Source: Chara braunii (taxonomy: Eukaryota > Plantae > Charophyceae). From it: a DNA stretch of 64,000 bases. How positions within the stretch are numbered: position 1 is the stretch's first letter; each line of letters begins with the position of its first letter. The DNA lies in NCBI GenBank assembly GCA_003427395.1, contig BFEA01000045.1, forward strand, positions 2,709,592 to 2,773,591, written 5' to 3'. A model generated the notes under the pieces. The model saw only the letters and a list, made by a program, of their open reading frames with translations, did no database searches and was not told where the DNA came from. The position numbers and the translations under genes were made by a program. Positions 47,790 through 59,804 of this stretch are shown piece by piece.

Positions 47790-49684
47790 GAGTAGGGAGC
47801 GTGATGGTCAATGCCATCAACACCAGCAGTATAACTGGTGGAGGAGGGGTGGCGCATCCCCTAAAGCGCTTTTCGCCGCTTGCGCCTGTCACGGCTCATC
47901 AAAGGGTGAGGTTCCTCTGGCTCCCAGTGGTGGTGAGCGGGCAAGTAGTGAGGATTCGAGCAGTCGGTGTTCTGAGCCGAACTTACCACGTGCTCGTTGG
48001 CTTCAGCTTCGGCGAAGTATTCGTCCATAGCCGCCATTCCTGTCCACGTCCTTGATTGGAGATGGCCCGTCGTGATCGCAGTGTAAGGCTTCACTGCCTA
48101 CGATCTGCCGATCAGCACTCACAGCAGCAACGTTTGTTCACATGTGTGAACTATTAGCGACTGCTAAGGAGAAAGAAGTATGGAGATAGACAGCCTCCTT
48201 TCTCAGGTAGCGATGGAGGGTCTAGCCGTCCCATCCGCAGTACCGAGTCTGAGGTTGGAGCGAGGAGAGCAGGGAGGGGAGGTAGTAACGCAGGCAGTAG
48301 CTTGCGCAACCAACCGTGGGTCGCTCCGGCTGAAGATGCGGATGAACCCATTGGCCGCTTACTTTTAAGCAGGTGTAGTGAGGTGGAGATGCAGCTGGAT
48401 GGTGTGGAAGGTGTGTGCGGGTGTATGGGTATAGTTGGTGCGAGTGCAGGTGGTAGATTGCTGGGCTAGCGGGGTTGGGTAGTGTGTGGTAAGGGTGGCG
48501 AGTCGTGGGTGTGGTGGGGGTGTATGTAGTATGGTTTTTGGATTCATCACACCGGGGGGTGGTTGGAGAGTTTTTTTTTTTGTTTTTGTTCTTCGTGATA
48601 TGGGGGGTGGTTGTGTATGTAAGGATGGAAGGCGTGTATTCTTTTGGTAAGCTATGTCTTTTTGGCGGGTTCTCAGAAGTCAGTTGTTCGTTTGTGCGCT
48701 CATGGGCGGGGTGGGTCAAGTTGTGTCCGTTTGAATTTGCAGAGCTTTGTTTTTTATACTGTCTGCGTTTTGCTGTGACGTCACGTTTTCGGGTGATTGT
48801 CTGTATGTGTTTCAGTCAGTAGTGGAAGGAAGGGCGTGCTATTTTTAAAAAAATAATTAATTGAGTCTGCAGGTAATGTGTTGGCATTGTTCTGGTATTT
48901 TTTTGCGTATGTGTTTTGTCGTTTTTGTTCTTGTTTTTTGTTCTCAGAGCGTGTGGCCTGTTTTTTGTTTTTTGTTTTTTGTTTTTTGTTCTTGAGTTCT
49001 TGGTTTTTGCTAGCGTACGTCGCATTGCTCGTGTATGGGTGTGCCTTCTTGCATTGGGGGTGCGAGTTTGGGGATGGTGGGCGGGAAGGTGAACTCTGTT
49101 TATTTTGAAATGAGGTCCCGGGTTGGTTGTGTGGGTCTATTTATTTTTCATGACTTTCATGTTTAACTGGTAGTGCATAGAGGGTTGTATTTTTGTGTTT
49201 GCAGGTCATATGTGGGTATTGTTCTGGTATTTTTGTCTGTATATATGTTTTATCGTTTTTGTTCTTGTTTTTTTGTTCTCAGTGCGTGTGGCCTGTTTTT
49301 CTGTTTTTTTTTTTTTTATCTTTGGTTTTTGGTTCTTGCTTGTGTACGTCGAATTGCTCGTGTGTGGGTGTGCTTTCTTTTATTGGGGGTGCGAGTTTGG
49401 GGATGGTGGGCGGGAATGTGGTTTCTGTTTATTCTGTAGTAAGGTGCTGGGTTTATTGTGTGGGTCTTTTTTATCTTTCATTTTACATGTCCTTCCTACT
49501 TAATGGTAGTGCAGAGGGGGTTGTATTTTTTTATCTGCTGAGGTGTACAGATTTTTTTTTTATGCTTTGTTTATCGTGTCAATGGTAGTATGCAGTAGGT
49601 TGTACTAACAATGTTGGTAGGTCTGTTAGTGGTGATTGTATGTGTGATGTTTATCAATTTTGATTTTGGTTGTTTGTGCAGGTA

Positions 49685-49741
<57 letters not shown>
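47790..49741 (-). repeat. Downstream pseudo-LTR including (CA)n and an internal ~320-bp duplication
   Basis: Near-identical to 59805-61766; internal duplicate about 48866-49190 versus 49195-49530. Confidence 0.92.
47859..47906 (-). ncRNA. Minimal type I hammerhead, C3U core variant
   Basis: CCCU UUGAUGA GCCG UGACAGGCGCAAG CGGC GAA AAGCGCUU U / AGGG; identical to the 59874 copy except CUGAUGA is UUGAUGA. Confidence 0.7.
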
Positions 49742-49746
<5 letters not shown>

Positions 49747-49905
49747 CCTCGTTCCCACGTGATGGGGTTCATGAAGGGGAGCAGGTACGGATGTCGGACC
49801 TGTCCCCCTAATGGGAATGAGTCCTCCATCCGTACCGTCTAGCGATGTTTGCGTTAGCCACATACATTTTTAGTGAAATTGTTGTTCTATTATCGTGAGG
49901 GTTTG

Positions 49906-51980
49906 TCAGGGTAAGCATCTGAAGGGTTGGTATGTGTTTTGGTTGTTTAGTGTGTTTTTCGTTATTTGAATACATCTTTGTAGGGGGAAACCATTGTCAG
50001 TCATGATTCTTAGGAGCTTTTGGATTTGTATTGCTGCGTTTGTGCTGTCATTTTCTATTGTCATAATGGTGATGATTTGGGGGATCAGAGTTTTGAGTGA
50101 TTGTGTGATGGGGCGGTTAGAATCGAATTTAAGCAGTCGGATGATATTGAAGTTCAGTAAGTTTCTTTTGTCATACTTGTGGGTTAAGAAGGTGCCTTGT
50201 TGCGTGTTGGTTATTTTGATGGTTACGTTTAGAAAGTTGCATTCAGTACCAATTGGTTCAGGATTCATGGAGTATGTAGTTTGATCATTTAGCGTTACGA
50301 ATTTAAGGGGGTATAGGAAGTATACACTCCTTGGGCTAGTGATCTCTGGGTTAATGAATTTTTTAATGTAGGGGTTGTTGATCGTGTGTAAGTGGTCGAA
50401 GTATCTGAATGTGTGTGAAAAAAATGGTAGTAGGTGCTGATTTCTGTTGTGTGTGAGTTTTTTCATGAATTTATACTCAAATTTGAAGAAGTATATGTTG
50501 CACCATATGGGTGAGCAACTGACTCCCATTGGGATTCCGAGTGTCTGCCTCCATGTACGGTTGCCAAGGGAGGTGTATGCGTTGTTGATTAGCCATGTGT
50601 TCATCTGTATGATGTCTTGCGGAGAAAGGGAAGGTCTGGTTGGCTCTTGGTTTGCGGTCCAATAACATTTAAAGGTGGGTGTGTCCGTGTTCGTTCTGAT
50701 TTCATAGTGCAGAGTGACATTTCTTCCGTACGTTTTTCTTGCTGTAGTAAATGCTAGCTGGATGAAGAATGGGATGGTGTTTGGTAAGCCGTCCATTGAT
50801 TGGTCTGTCGGAACAGTTCCGTAGCAACGGGTTATGTCTGCCGCAAAAATATTGTTGATGTGGGTGGGAATGTTGTATATGTAGTCTGTTGCGGAGTCTA
50901 TGATCCACCAAAAAGGGACGTTTTCGCCAGTCTTTTGGAGTGTTTGCTCGGATAGTAGGCCACAGTGTTCTTGGACTGCTTCTTTGAGTTTATTTAGTAT
51001 CGTTGAACAGGCGTCTGCAAGTGGGGAGAAGATGACGTTGGCCGCATTTGTAAGCCAGCGAAATGTATTTTTATATTTTTTGTATGTGGCGAAGAGGTAG
51101 GGTATCGCGGGTTTTCCGAGTGGGATTGTGGGGAAGTGTACGGTGAGTTCTTGTGTGAGTAAATGGAGTAGTTCATTCTTGGTTAGGTGGCATGGTGTAA
51201 AGTCGGGTCCGGATAGTCGTTGTAGGGCAATGAATCTTATAAGATTGATACAGCAGACGGTCGGTGTGTTAGGTGCTTTGTCAGTCCCGGATATATAGAA
51301 GTGAGAGGTTATATACTTTATCTGTTTTTGTATTGCATGGTTGTGGGGGTTTGGTGCATTGTTTTTTGTGTATCTTTGTAGGCAGTTTGCCATTATTCTG
51401 TGTAGTTCCGTTGTGGCTGCAATGATTTGTTATTGTGGAATTGTATGTTCTGTTTGGAGTATATCGATTATTTTTGTCCAGGCCAGTGCACATTCATGCA
51501 TGACGGTATGTGGGTTGAGACAAGGGGGATATGGTTTAATACGTTTTCAATTAGTGTTCTAAGCTGGGGGTTTGTGAAAATTTTCATGTCCAGGGTGATC
51601 ACATGGGGTTCCATGTCTTCCAGGAGTATTGAGTTGGATATGTTGTTAATGAATTCCTTAAACCGGTGTTGTTGACAAAAACATTTGTCGTTTTGCTGTT
51701 CATACCATCCTTCTATTTCAAAGTTCTGAAAGACTGTTGTTGGTTTATACGGCGGTTGGGCCATGTGGTTGTCATATGTCCATCCAAACGTGAAGTTGTC
51801 AAGGACATTTTGGGCTTATGGGATGAATTTGGTGAGAAGAGTGTCAAAGAGTCTTCTGGGTTTAATGCGTTCGAATAGTTTGTTCTTGTAGTGGATGTGT
51901 ATTATGTGTTTGGGGTGTTCCTTGTTACTTTGCCAGCCGAGTCTTCCATGAGGGAGCCGTTGTAGTCTTCCGAGGGGTTC
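49906..51980 (-). pseudogene. Penelope-like reverse transcriptase with upstream CxC linker; inactivated
   Basis: ISGTDKAPN, IPYLFATYK, FRWLTNA, FAADITRCY, WRQTLGIPMGVSCSPIWCNIYF, FRYFDH (YxDD mutated), CNFLNVTI and HKYDKR. Upstream KCFCQQ...HVITLDMKIFTNPQLRTLIENVLNHIP. Stops at about 51430 and 51816, frameshift near 51525. Confidence 0.92.
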
Positions 51981-52332
51981 CTGCAGCCCAAATTAGCAGA
52001 GGTTTAGAACGCATTAGTTGGGCATGTCATTTCTGCCTTTTTTAGTTTACGGTGCTTGTTTTGTTTATTCGCTGGGTGTATGGGGTATCTGGATTACTTA
52101 GTTTATCAGACAGATTTTATGATTTTGCGTAGATTTCTAAGGGTAGAAAAAATACTGCAGAAAAGGTCATTTGTCCTATTTGTATTGGTTTTTTAGCGGA
52201 GTGGTCGGTGGAAGATACTATAAGGATGGTTTTTTTTTTTTTTTGATTGTGCGCGGGTGATTGCAGTATGTAGGAGTGATGGGGGGAAGAGGGGTAAGAG
52301 CGGCGGAAGGAAACAGCAGGGAGTGCAGAGGT

Positions 52333-52336
<4 letters not shown>

Positions 52337-52423
<87 letters not shown>

Positions 52424-52424
52424 N

Positions 52425-52484
<60 letters not shown>
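52337..52484. repeat. (GA)n microsatellite between ORF1 and RT
   Basis: Directly visible. Confidence 0.95.
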
Positions 52485-52490
<6 letters not shown>

Positions 52491-52889
52491 AAAAACTTGC
52501 ACATTGATCATTTAAGTTGTTGTTGTATCATTTTTGGGGGGAAATAATTCAGTCAGGTTGCATGATTCATAAAACGGATATAAAGAGGAGAGTGGGCGAG
52601 TGTGAGTTCAGTGTTTAGAAGCACAAGCTGGGGAGGGGGGGAGAGAGCAAAAGTAGGGAACAATGAGAGATGGAGGGAGAGAGGGGGAGGAAAAAGAGAT
52701 GGGGGTGTAATAGTTTTGTTTAGAGATTATTAAAAAGCCAGTCCTTGGGGGGACAACAACAAGTAGCTGCGGGAGGCCAATCATGTTTTATGGGAACTTT
52801 ATGGTAGTGTGTTCTTATATAAAAAAGAGGCACATGTCTGCTCGACTTGCACGCCAACAAATTGACTGATGAAGAACATGCGAGCAGCA

Positions 52890-55634
52890 TTATGCTATTG
52901 TAGCAACTACTCTACATGCTGTGTTTAGCAGCTGTTTGCTTTTCCTCATGTTGCACGAACTGTAGTTCCTATGTACTGTCATCCCTATACCATGGAAATC
53001 TAGGCCGGATCTAGGCCATCTGTTAGCAATCCTAACAGTGAGCGTGAAGAGCACTGTTGGAGTGTCATGCTTGCTGAGCTTCTTGGAACTTGGTAAACAG
53101 GAGGTAACCCTGGTAGATATAGCAGTTGATGCAAAATCTTGAGCCAGGTTGCCTGAGTCGAACTTGTGCAGGATTTTCTTGAAGCTTGCGCGTGGGTCTC
53201 TTGCTGGTTGTGGCAGCGTCAGGTATCAGAGGTCCGTGAGCGTCAACCCTCCGTGGTTGTAGTCTTCGCTAAGATTCCTCCTGGTCTGCTTGTTGTTGAC
53301 CTGTACATAGATGGTCTCCTGAACGATGTCGGCGGAGTAGCTATCGTCAAGTTCGGGGTCGACTAAGGAGCATTCAACATTGTACGGTTCGAGAAGGATG
53401 CTAATGTCGCTGTATTCCTTGGGTGGTGTATCTGGGGATGGTGATTCGAGAACGATTGGGTTTTGTCGTTGAGATCCTTGTGCATGCGATGTGGATGGGA
53501 GCAGTGCTGCTCGCTGTTGGTACTGGGACAGGAATTGGTGGATGGGTGGGAGCCATTGTCTGGCCTGTGTTGTGTTTTGTGAGAGGGCTAGGGCTGCATT
53601 GGCTGCAGAGAAGGCAGGTGCAGACCTTTGTGGCTGGTGGTTGAGGACTGTTCAGATGAATTGTTGGGCTTGCACAGAAATGGGTTATGATGCGTGGGTG
53701 GGGGGTACTGGGAGGTGCATGTGCTGTGCGTTGCTGGTTGGAGCGATGATCTGTGCAGTAGGGTGTAGGGTTGTGCCGACATACGTGTGGGCAGGGGGGT
53801 TGGTCGTGTGTTGGCTGACATGCTGTGGTTCGGTGCTGGTGTCGAGGTGCTGCTGCGGTTGCTGCTGCGGGATTGCTTGCTGCTGCTGCGCTTTCCTTGC
53901 TGCAGCGAGTCTTTCCTTGCATTTTTGCCATCTGCCCTTCTGTGATATTTTCGGAGGGTGAGGGAGGGCAGTAGTGTTCTTCCTTGCTCTGTGTGAGTTT
54001 CGGTGAACCGTAGTCGTTTGCGGGGGAGCCGTAGTGACAGATTGTGGTTGTTGTGCTTGTGGTGGTGGTGGTGTTTGTTGTGGTGCTGCTGTAGTGGGGT
54101 GCCGTTGGGTTGCTGGTGGTGTGCGTGTGGGTATGTTGCGCGGGTGTTGTTGAGGAGCGGGGTTAGTGTGCGTGTGGAGTGCTGTTGCGTGTGCTGTGGG
54201 TTCAGCTGGTGGCCGGATGTGAGTGGGGGGTGGTGAAGTGAATGCGATTGTGGTTTGTTTGTTTCTGCTGCGTTGGATTATGCCTGGGGTGGGGTGATCT
54301 TTGCGTTTGGTTGGTGTTGGTGAAGGGGTGGTGGTCTTGCTAACCGGGGGGAGGAGTGTGGCCAAAATCTTTCTGGCCAGTGGCATGTCCCTGTATGGAG
54401 CTCTGTCGCAGAGTTGTTCCATACTGGTCTATGGGGAAGCAACAAGCAGGTGGGTTAGGTTCATCATGTGTCTCCGCATGTATAGGAAGGTGACCTGCAG
54501 TTTGACAGGTTTCTTCCATTCATTTTGCAGTTTATCTGTTAGTTCGACCATCCTCATCATGTCCGAAGGCACATCTGCCTCGAAGATGTCAAGGTTGGCA
54601 ATGTAGAACCACAACATGTGGTCAAACCATGCGATCACGCCGCTGTGTGATGGGCAACTGCACTTTAAATACGGTCTGCCTGAGTTCCACAACTTTTTGA
54701 ACTCGTAGAGCTCAGTTATGGGTTTCTGGATCGCTTTTTGGTGAAGTAGGGGGTGACATTTCGGGCATTTGGACGAGTCAAGTGGTCCAAGGATTGGGAA
54801 GTTAGCATCAATTGTTGCTTTGCAGATGGTTGCCTTCTTGGCATCTTCTCTGCACTCAGCGAGGTCCATCTCAGTGAGATTATTGAATGCCGCATATGCC
54901 TGGGTGGATATGGGGGCAGTGTGGTTGAAGGAATCAAGCAACCAGAGTTTGTTATCATGGTTGCTGCTGATTCCCTCAATCCACCTGGCAGTTTGGACCA
55001 GGATAAATGGCGCATCGGGAGACATTTTGAAGAAGCCGGATTTGCGGGGTGTGGGTGTAGACACGGTAGGATTTGCAGCCTCCTGTTGTCTTTCGACGAT
55101 TCTTTTGAGATACCATTCTCTTTCGGCTTGTGTGGGGTTGAGGTGTTCAAGCATTTTGAGCCTGTGCTCGTGTGATGATTCATGAGTGGTCACCTCACCT
55201 GGGGTGCTGAGATGCGCAGAGTTGAAGCCATGAAGGTCTAGTATGACCTTCTCAGATTTGGAAACAATTTTCTCCATTTCTCTGTTCTGTAGGGCGGCCT
55301 GCTTGATTATTGAGGGCAGGTCCTTGGCGTAGGCTGCGATGATGGGGTCTTCTTCTCCTCTGAGGTCTTTCGATTTGGACACAATGAGTGCCCAATCTGA
55401 GAAGAGGAGATTTTCGATGAGAAACGGGGCTTGCCCGTTGGTGGCATTGTGGACCTTGTTCAGAACTTGTTATGGGAGGGCGAGCATGGCGATCTGTGCG
55501 TGGACGCTGGGCGGAGTGAGCTGGATGAAGTTTTTGGCCTTCTCAGCAAGCTCGTGGTGCCAGCCATTAGCTGCTTCGGATTCATCCTGCAGCAGACACG
55601 TCGGTACACAACCGGGGTTTAGTGTGTTAATCAT
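52890..55634 (-). pseudogene. Large ORF1 (~915 codons) of the PLE with a GRF-like zinc finger and a Pro/Thr/Gln-rich linker
   Basis: The ATG at 55634, ORFs 54429-55382 and 53685-54422, and my manual translation to 52890 share one frame broken by five stops. Motif CPKC...NSGRPYLKCSCPSHSGVIAWFD. Confidence 0.7.
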
Positions 55635-56951
55635 TTGAAAAATCGTATCAGATCGTGTTTTTTCAGGACGGTTTTTGTGCTGGTGTGTTAGAGAGCAAGG
55701 AAGTCTGCGACTTGTTAATACTCTAGTGATTTATATATTAATTTATTCAGTTTTATTATTATTTTTATTTTTATATTATTATTATTATTTATATATATAT
55801 ATATATGTGTGTCGTCAAATATATATATATATATATTTTTTTTTTTGGTTTCATTCCTTTGTGGAGGTTTGCTGTGGTGGAGAGTGACTTTTTATTATTT
55901 TGTATTATTTTTTGTAGCAAGGTGGTCTATGCATGGCCGTCAGGAGGGGCCGGGTGGATGAGTCGGTGGGCTTCCTCAGCGAGGTCATGCTGTCGGGCGC
56001 ATTCGGCGGGCGAAGGATAGGCATATTCGGATTAAGGGTATAAATTGCATGCTGTGAGGGTTAGCGAGTGGTTTGCTAGATATCTAAATATAGTACGGTG
56101 TTAAGCAGGTGCAGTATCGATCGTTACTGGAGTGGATAAGGGGGAACAAACTGCAAATAGTCTTATATTTGAATAGATAGCGGCTTGTCCCTGAGTGGTA
56201 TCATGCATTATTATTTTTTAGAAAATTATATCTTTTTATAGCAAGAAATAGTCTTGTCTGTCTCGTTCTAATTTTACCGGATTCGTTACAACAGGAGGAT
56301 CGAAAGATCAAAAAGAAAACGTAGTCCCTGTGGATTGATGATACGTATACATTGGGAAAGGAAACTTATATTTTGCCGATCCTATATATTTTTATCTTTG
56401 CGTTGTTGAATTGCTGCTGTATTATTTTTGCGAGGGTTTGGGGTGGGTGATGGGGGTGGCGATACTACGATTAATGTGGTATTTAAGGGCGATAAAGGTT
56501 CATTAGATTTTCATATTGGTTGTCGTTCCGGAAGTCGTTTTTTGTTTGTTTTTTGTTGGTTCAATTTTTACCGGTGGTTGTCGAGGGGTAAGTTTGTTAT
56601 CTGTTTTTTTTTGGGGGCGGGGGTTGTGTTTTTTCTCAGGGGGGGCTTTTTGTTTGGGTGTGAGGTTCTGTGCTTTGGCCCGTTGCAGTTGGTGGATTAA
56701 ATGTGCGCCTATTTTGGGCGAGTGTTTTTTCTTGGGGGGGGTTTCATGTGTGTTTCCTCATGCGCACAAAGTATAAAAACGGTAGTCGTGTGTGTGATGG
56801 TTATTACTATCGAGGTGGTGGAGTGATGATGTTTCGTAGTTGGTGTTTTTTTTTTTGGCTTGGCAGATATAGACCGAATTTGTTTCCAGTTGTATCCTTA
56901 GCTTCGTGTTCTGAGACGGTGATAGCAGTTGTTGTGGTGTGTCGGGGGCAG

Positions 56952-57329
56952 GTGTGTGGTCATACCGTAGTGATCTATGAGATGACCGAGCTTCGGGATT
57001 ATATGCCCGATTGTGACTTCGGGTTTGTTGGAGGGGATACCCGTTTCGGTTATCGTAGTTATGAAGTTGATGCAAATGGCACGATGGTTCTACGTCTGGA
57101 GCTGGGGCTGGGCTATGTAGGGGACGATCTGCGAGATGTGGGGGTCTTTGTGATAAAGGTGCATGATTATGTGCCGAATTCGCCTGGGGTTGGTGGAGAC
57201 GATCTTGTTGAGAAGATCGTTCGTCTATTGTTGTCAACTGTGGCTAGGATTGCGGAGTGGGAGGCACAGTTGGATGCAACATTGGTCGCACGCCCTTATC
57301 TGCATGGGGAGCTGCGCTATGATATGTAG
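56952..57329 (+). CDS. Antisense ORF or exon inside the PLE, unknown product
   Basis: The 3' half of ORF 56670-57329 is protein-like (YEMTELRDY...RLELGLGY...VFVIKVHDY...LVEKIVRLLL) and follows a CAG at 56949-56951. Confidence 0.4.
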   Translation: MCGHTVVIYEMTELRDYMPDCDFGFVGGDTRFGYRSYEVDANGTMVLRLELGLGYVGDDLRDVGVFVIKVHDYVPNSPGVGGDDLVEKIVRLLLSTVARIAEWEAQLDATLVARPYLHGELRYDM

Positions 57330-58084
57330 TAGTAGGGTATGTGAGCGGTCATGTCTTTGATCCAGGTTAATAAGAGTTGGCAGTGGTTTGGTTCATAGTA
57401 GGGGACGGAGATTTGTATAGCTAGGTCTTGAGTGATGGGTGTTGTGACGGGTTAGGAGTGAAGGGTGTTGTGACGGGTTATTAAGTGTGGGAGTATGTTT
57501 TTGCGTATCTCACGGGGGGAAGCAGTTTACGTTTATGACATAAAGATGTAGTTAATAATGACATCAAGTTGTCGTCAAAAAATCTTTGCTATTGTGAATA
57601 CTGGTTATTTTCCAGTGTTTCGGATAGGAAGCCTGTCGTAATTTGGCAGTGAACTGAATTAGTAATCAAGCATACTGGTCGGTGTAATCTGTATACGCAG
57701 GCTTTCCTTGTTTTTTTGGGGGGGCCATAGGGAGGAGCGTACGATCGGCAACCAATCGTAGTTGCTGACGGGTTCTACCTAATAGCTGTAGGGGGGTGGA
57801 TATGGCTGGATCAGTAGGGATCCTCAGGTTGTATCGGGGGTAGTGAAGCAGTCGGGCTGGCAGGTGCCGTCCTTCGAATTTAGACAGAGGATCATTCTAC
57901 GTGGGGGCATGTTGGATAAGTGCAGGGTCAGGATCAGAGATGATGTGGTGTTGCAAGCGCTAGTACCTGCTTCGGCACATTCTTCGGTTCCCGCTATTAT
58001 TTTTTCAGAAGCATGTAAGAGACGAGGTAATAAGAGGTGGTAGAGTGGGATCACGTTGTCGTAATATGATCTCATCGCTTAATG

Positions 58085-58810
58085 TACCAGATTCAAGGGC
58101 GGTTGTTTCGTGGAGATGGGTCCAGTGTGAAGACTGAGTGGGTTTGTCGTCAACTTCAACGATGTGCTTGCAAATCAGGCGCCACACCTAGTGCTCTACT
58201 AGTATGGTCGTTTGTGTCGTTTCTTAGTGGATATAGGGGGACCGTATGATATGAGAAAAATTGGTGATACCATGGTTGCTGCGAGTCATATGTTGAACTA
58301 TCCTAGATATATGACATCATAGCTTATGTCGTCGATCAGGCTTAATTCGGTAATCAAGAAGTGGCAAAAAGGTTTACGGATATGAGGCGGTAGACTGGAT
58401 TCACGATTGTCATTTCGGGAGCGTGAGGAAGACGAGGTACTGTGAGGCGGTAGACTGGATTCTCGTTGTCGTAATGTGGTCGCATTGCTTGGATGTATCA
58501 GATTCAAGGACGGTTGTTTTGGTGGAGATGGATCCAGTGGGAGCGCTGGGAGGGTTTGTCGTCATCTTCAGAGACGTACTTGCTAGTCAGGCGCCACCAC
58601 CTAGTGTTCTATTAGTTTGGTTGTTGGTGTTGTTTTTTAGGGGATATATGTGGACCATATGATATGAAATAAACGTACTTTGCTACTGCAGGGGATTTTT
58701 TTGGGAAAAATAGGTGATATCATGGTTGCTGCGAATCATATGTCGCACTGTCGCCGACAGCTTATGTCGTCGATCAGGCTTAATTTGGTAATTTAGGAGT
58801 GGCGAAAAGG
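58085..58810. repeat. Diverged internal duplication in the PLE 5' region (offset ~410-440 bp)
   Basis: CAGATTCAAGG.CGGTTGTTT..GTGGAGATGG.TCCAGTG...TCAGGCGCCAC...CATGGTTGCTGCGA.TCATATGT...AGCTTATGTCGTCGATCAGGCTTAATT appears twice. Confidence 0.8.
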
Positions 58811-59804
58811 TATACGGGTCAACGGGTGATACTTTTTGTAGGAATCGGTAGTCGGGTCTACGACCGCTTTTATATGGGCGGCAGGGTTATGTGCCATATA
58901 TATGCAAGGAATGTTTGAGTACCTACACTGGAATCCGTGTGTCATGCCGGGAGCAATGGTGGAGGAGGTTAAGACAGAGCGAGAAGGAAAAAATTGGTAC
59001 TGATTAGTAATGATGGGGCGAGTAATCGGTACTATATTTGGACTTTTTTTTTTTGGAGAGTACGGGTTACGAAGGGACTAATGTCTGTTGGCGTGTATGC
59101 ATCCGCAAGGGTTTTGCGGGTACTGCAGGAGTCCTGTGAAGATTATGCTTTACTTTCTAAATCAGTTTGATTTTCAAACATGAGCGTGAGAGATACGTAG
59201 GTAGAAATCGTCCTTTCATGAAGTATCTACTGAGGGTGAGTGAGGCAATCTGGGGGGGTGGGGGAGACTTAATGAGCCACTCTGAGCTTATGGAGAGGGA
59301 GGGGGGTACCACAGTACTCCGTTATGAAACTTGTGTATTGTTTGTGAGGGTACGATCACTGCATGTGTCTTGTCTATGCGTCAGGTGCTTGTTGGTCTTT
59401 TTCTTGTCATTCATTCAAGATCGGAGGTGGGCCATTCAGTATGCGAGTGGACTGTGCTTACCCTTGTTGCCCTAAAAAAGTGAAGGATTATTGAGTTCCC
59501 CAGTCTGTCATGATTGATGCATCTTGTGTGATCCATGTTTAATCCGGTTGGGGACATACGATGTGTGTGATACAGGCAAAAATTTATTACGGAAAGTGCG
59601 TGTAACATAGTAGAGACTTGAGAAGGCCATTCCCGTTCGCCGGCCGATGATATAGCATGTGGCGAGTACTGCGGGTCGGCTTTGATAAGTCTGGTGAATT
59701 GAAAAAGATGTTTTGGGGGTCTTTTTTTGCATCTCAGTACATACCCCGCCGTGCCGGTTGAGATCTGCGAAAGCGAGTTGTAGTCCGGCAGGAGTCATGG
59801 GGAT

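Noticed and set aside
49906-51980. Selenoprotein-type recoding as in some Naiads, or a telomerase gene
   Set aside because: The RT interruptions are TAA stops and a frameshift, YxDD is mutated to YFDH, no SECIS is seen, and no TERT-specific T or CP motifs are recognised.
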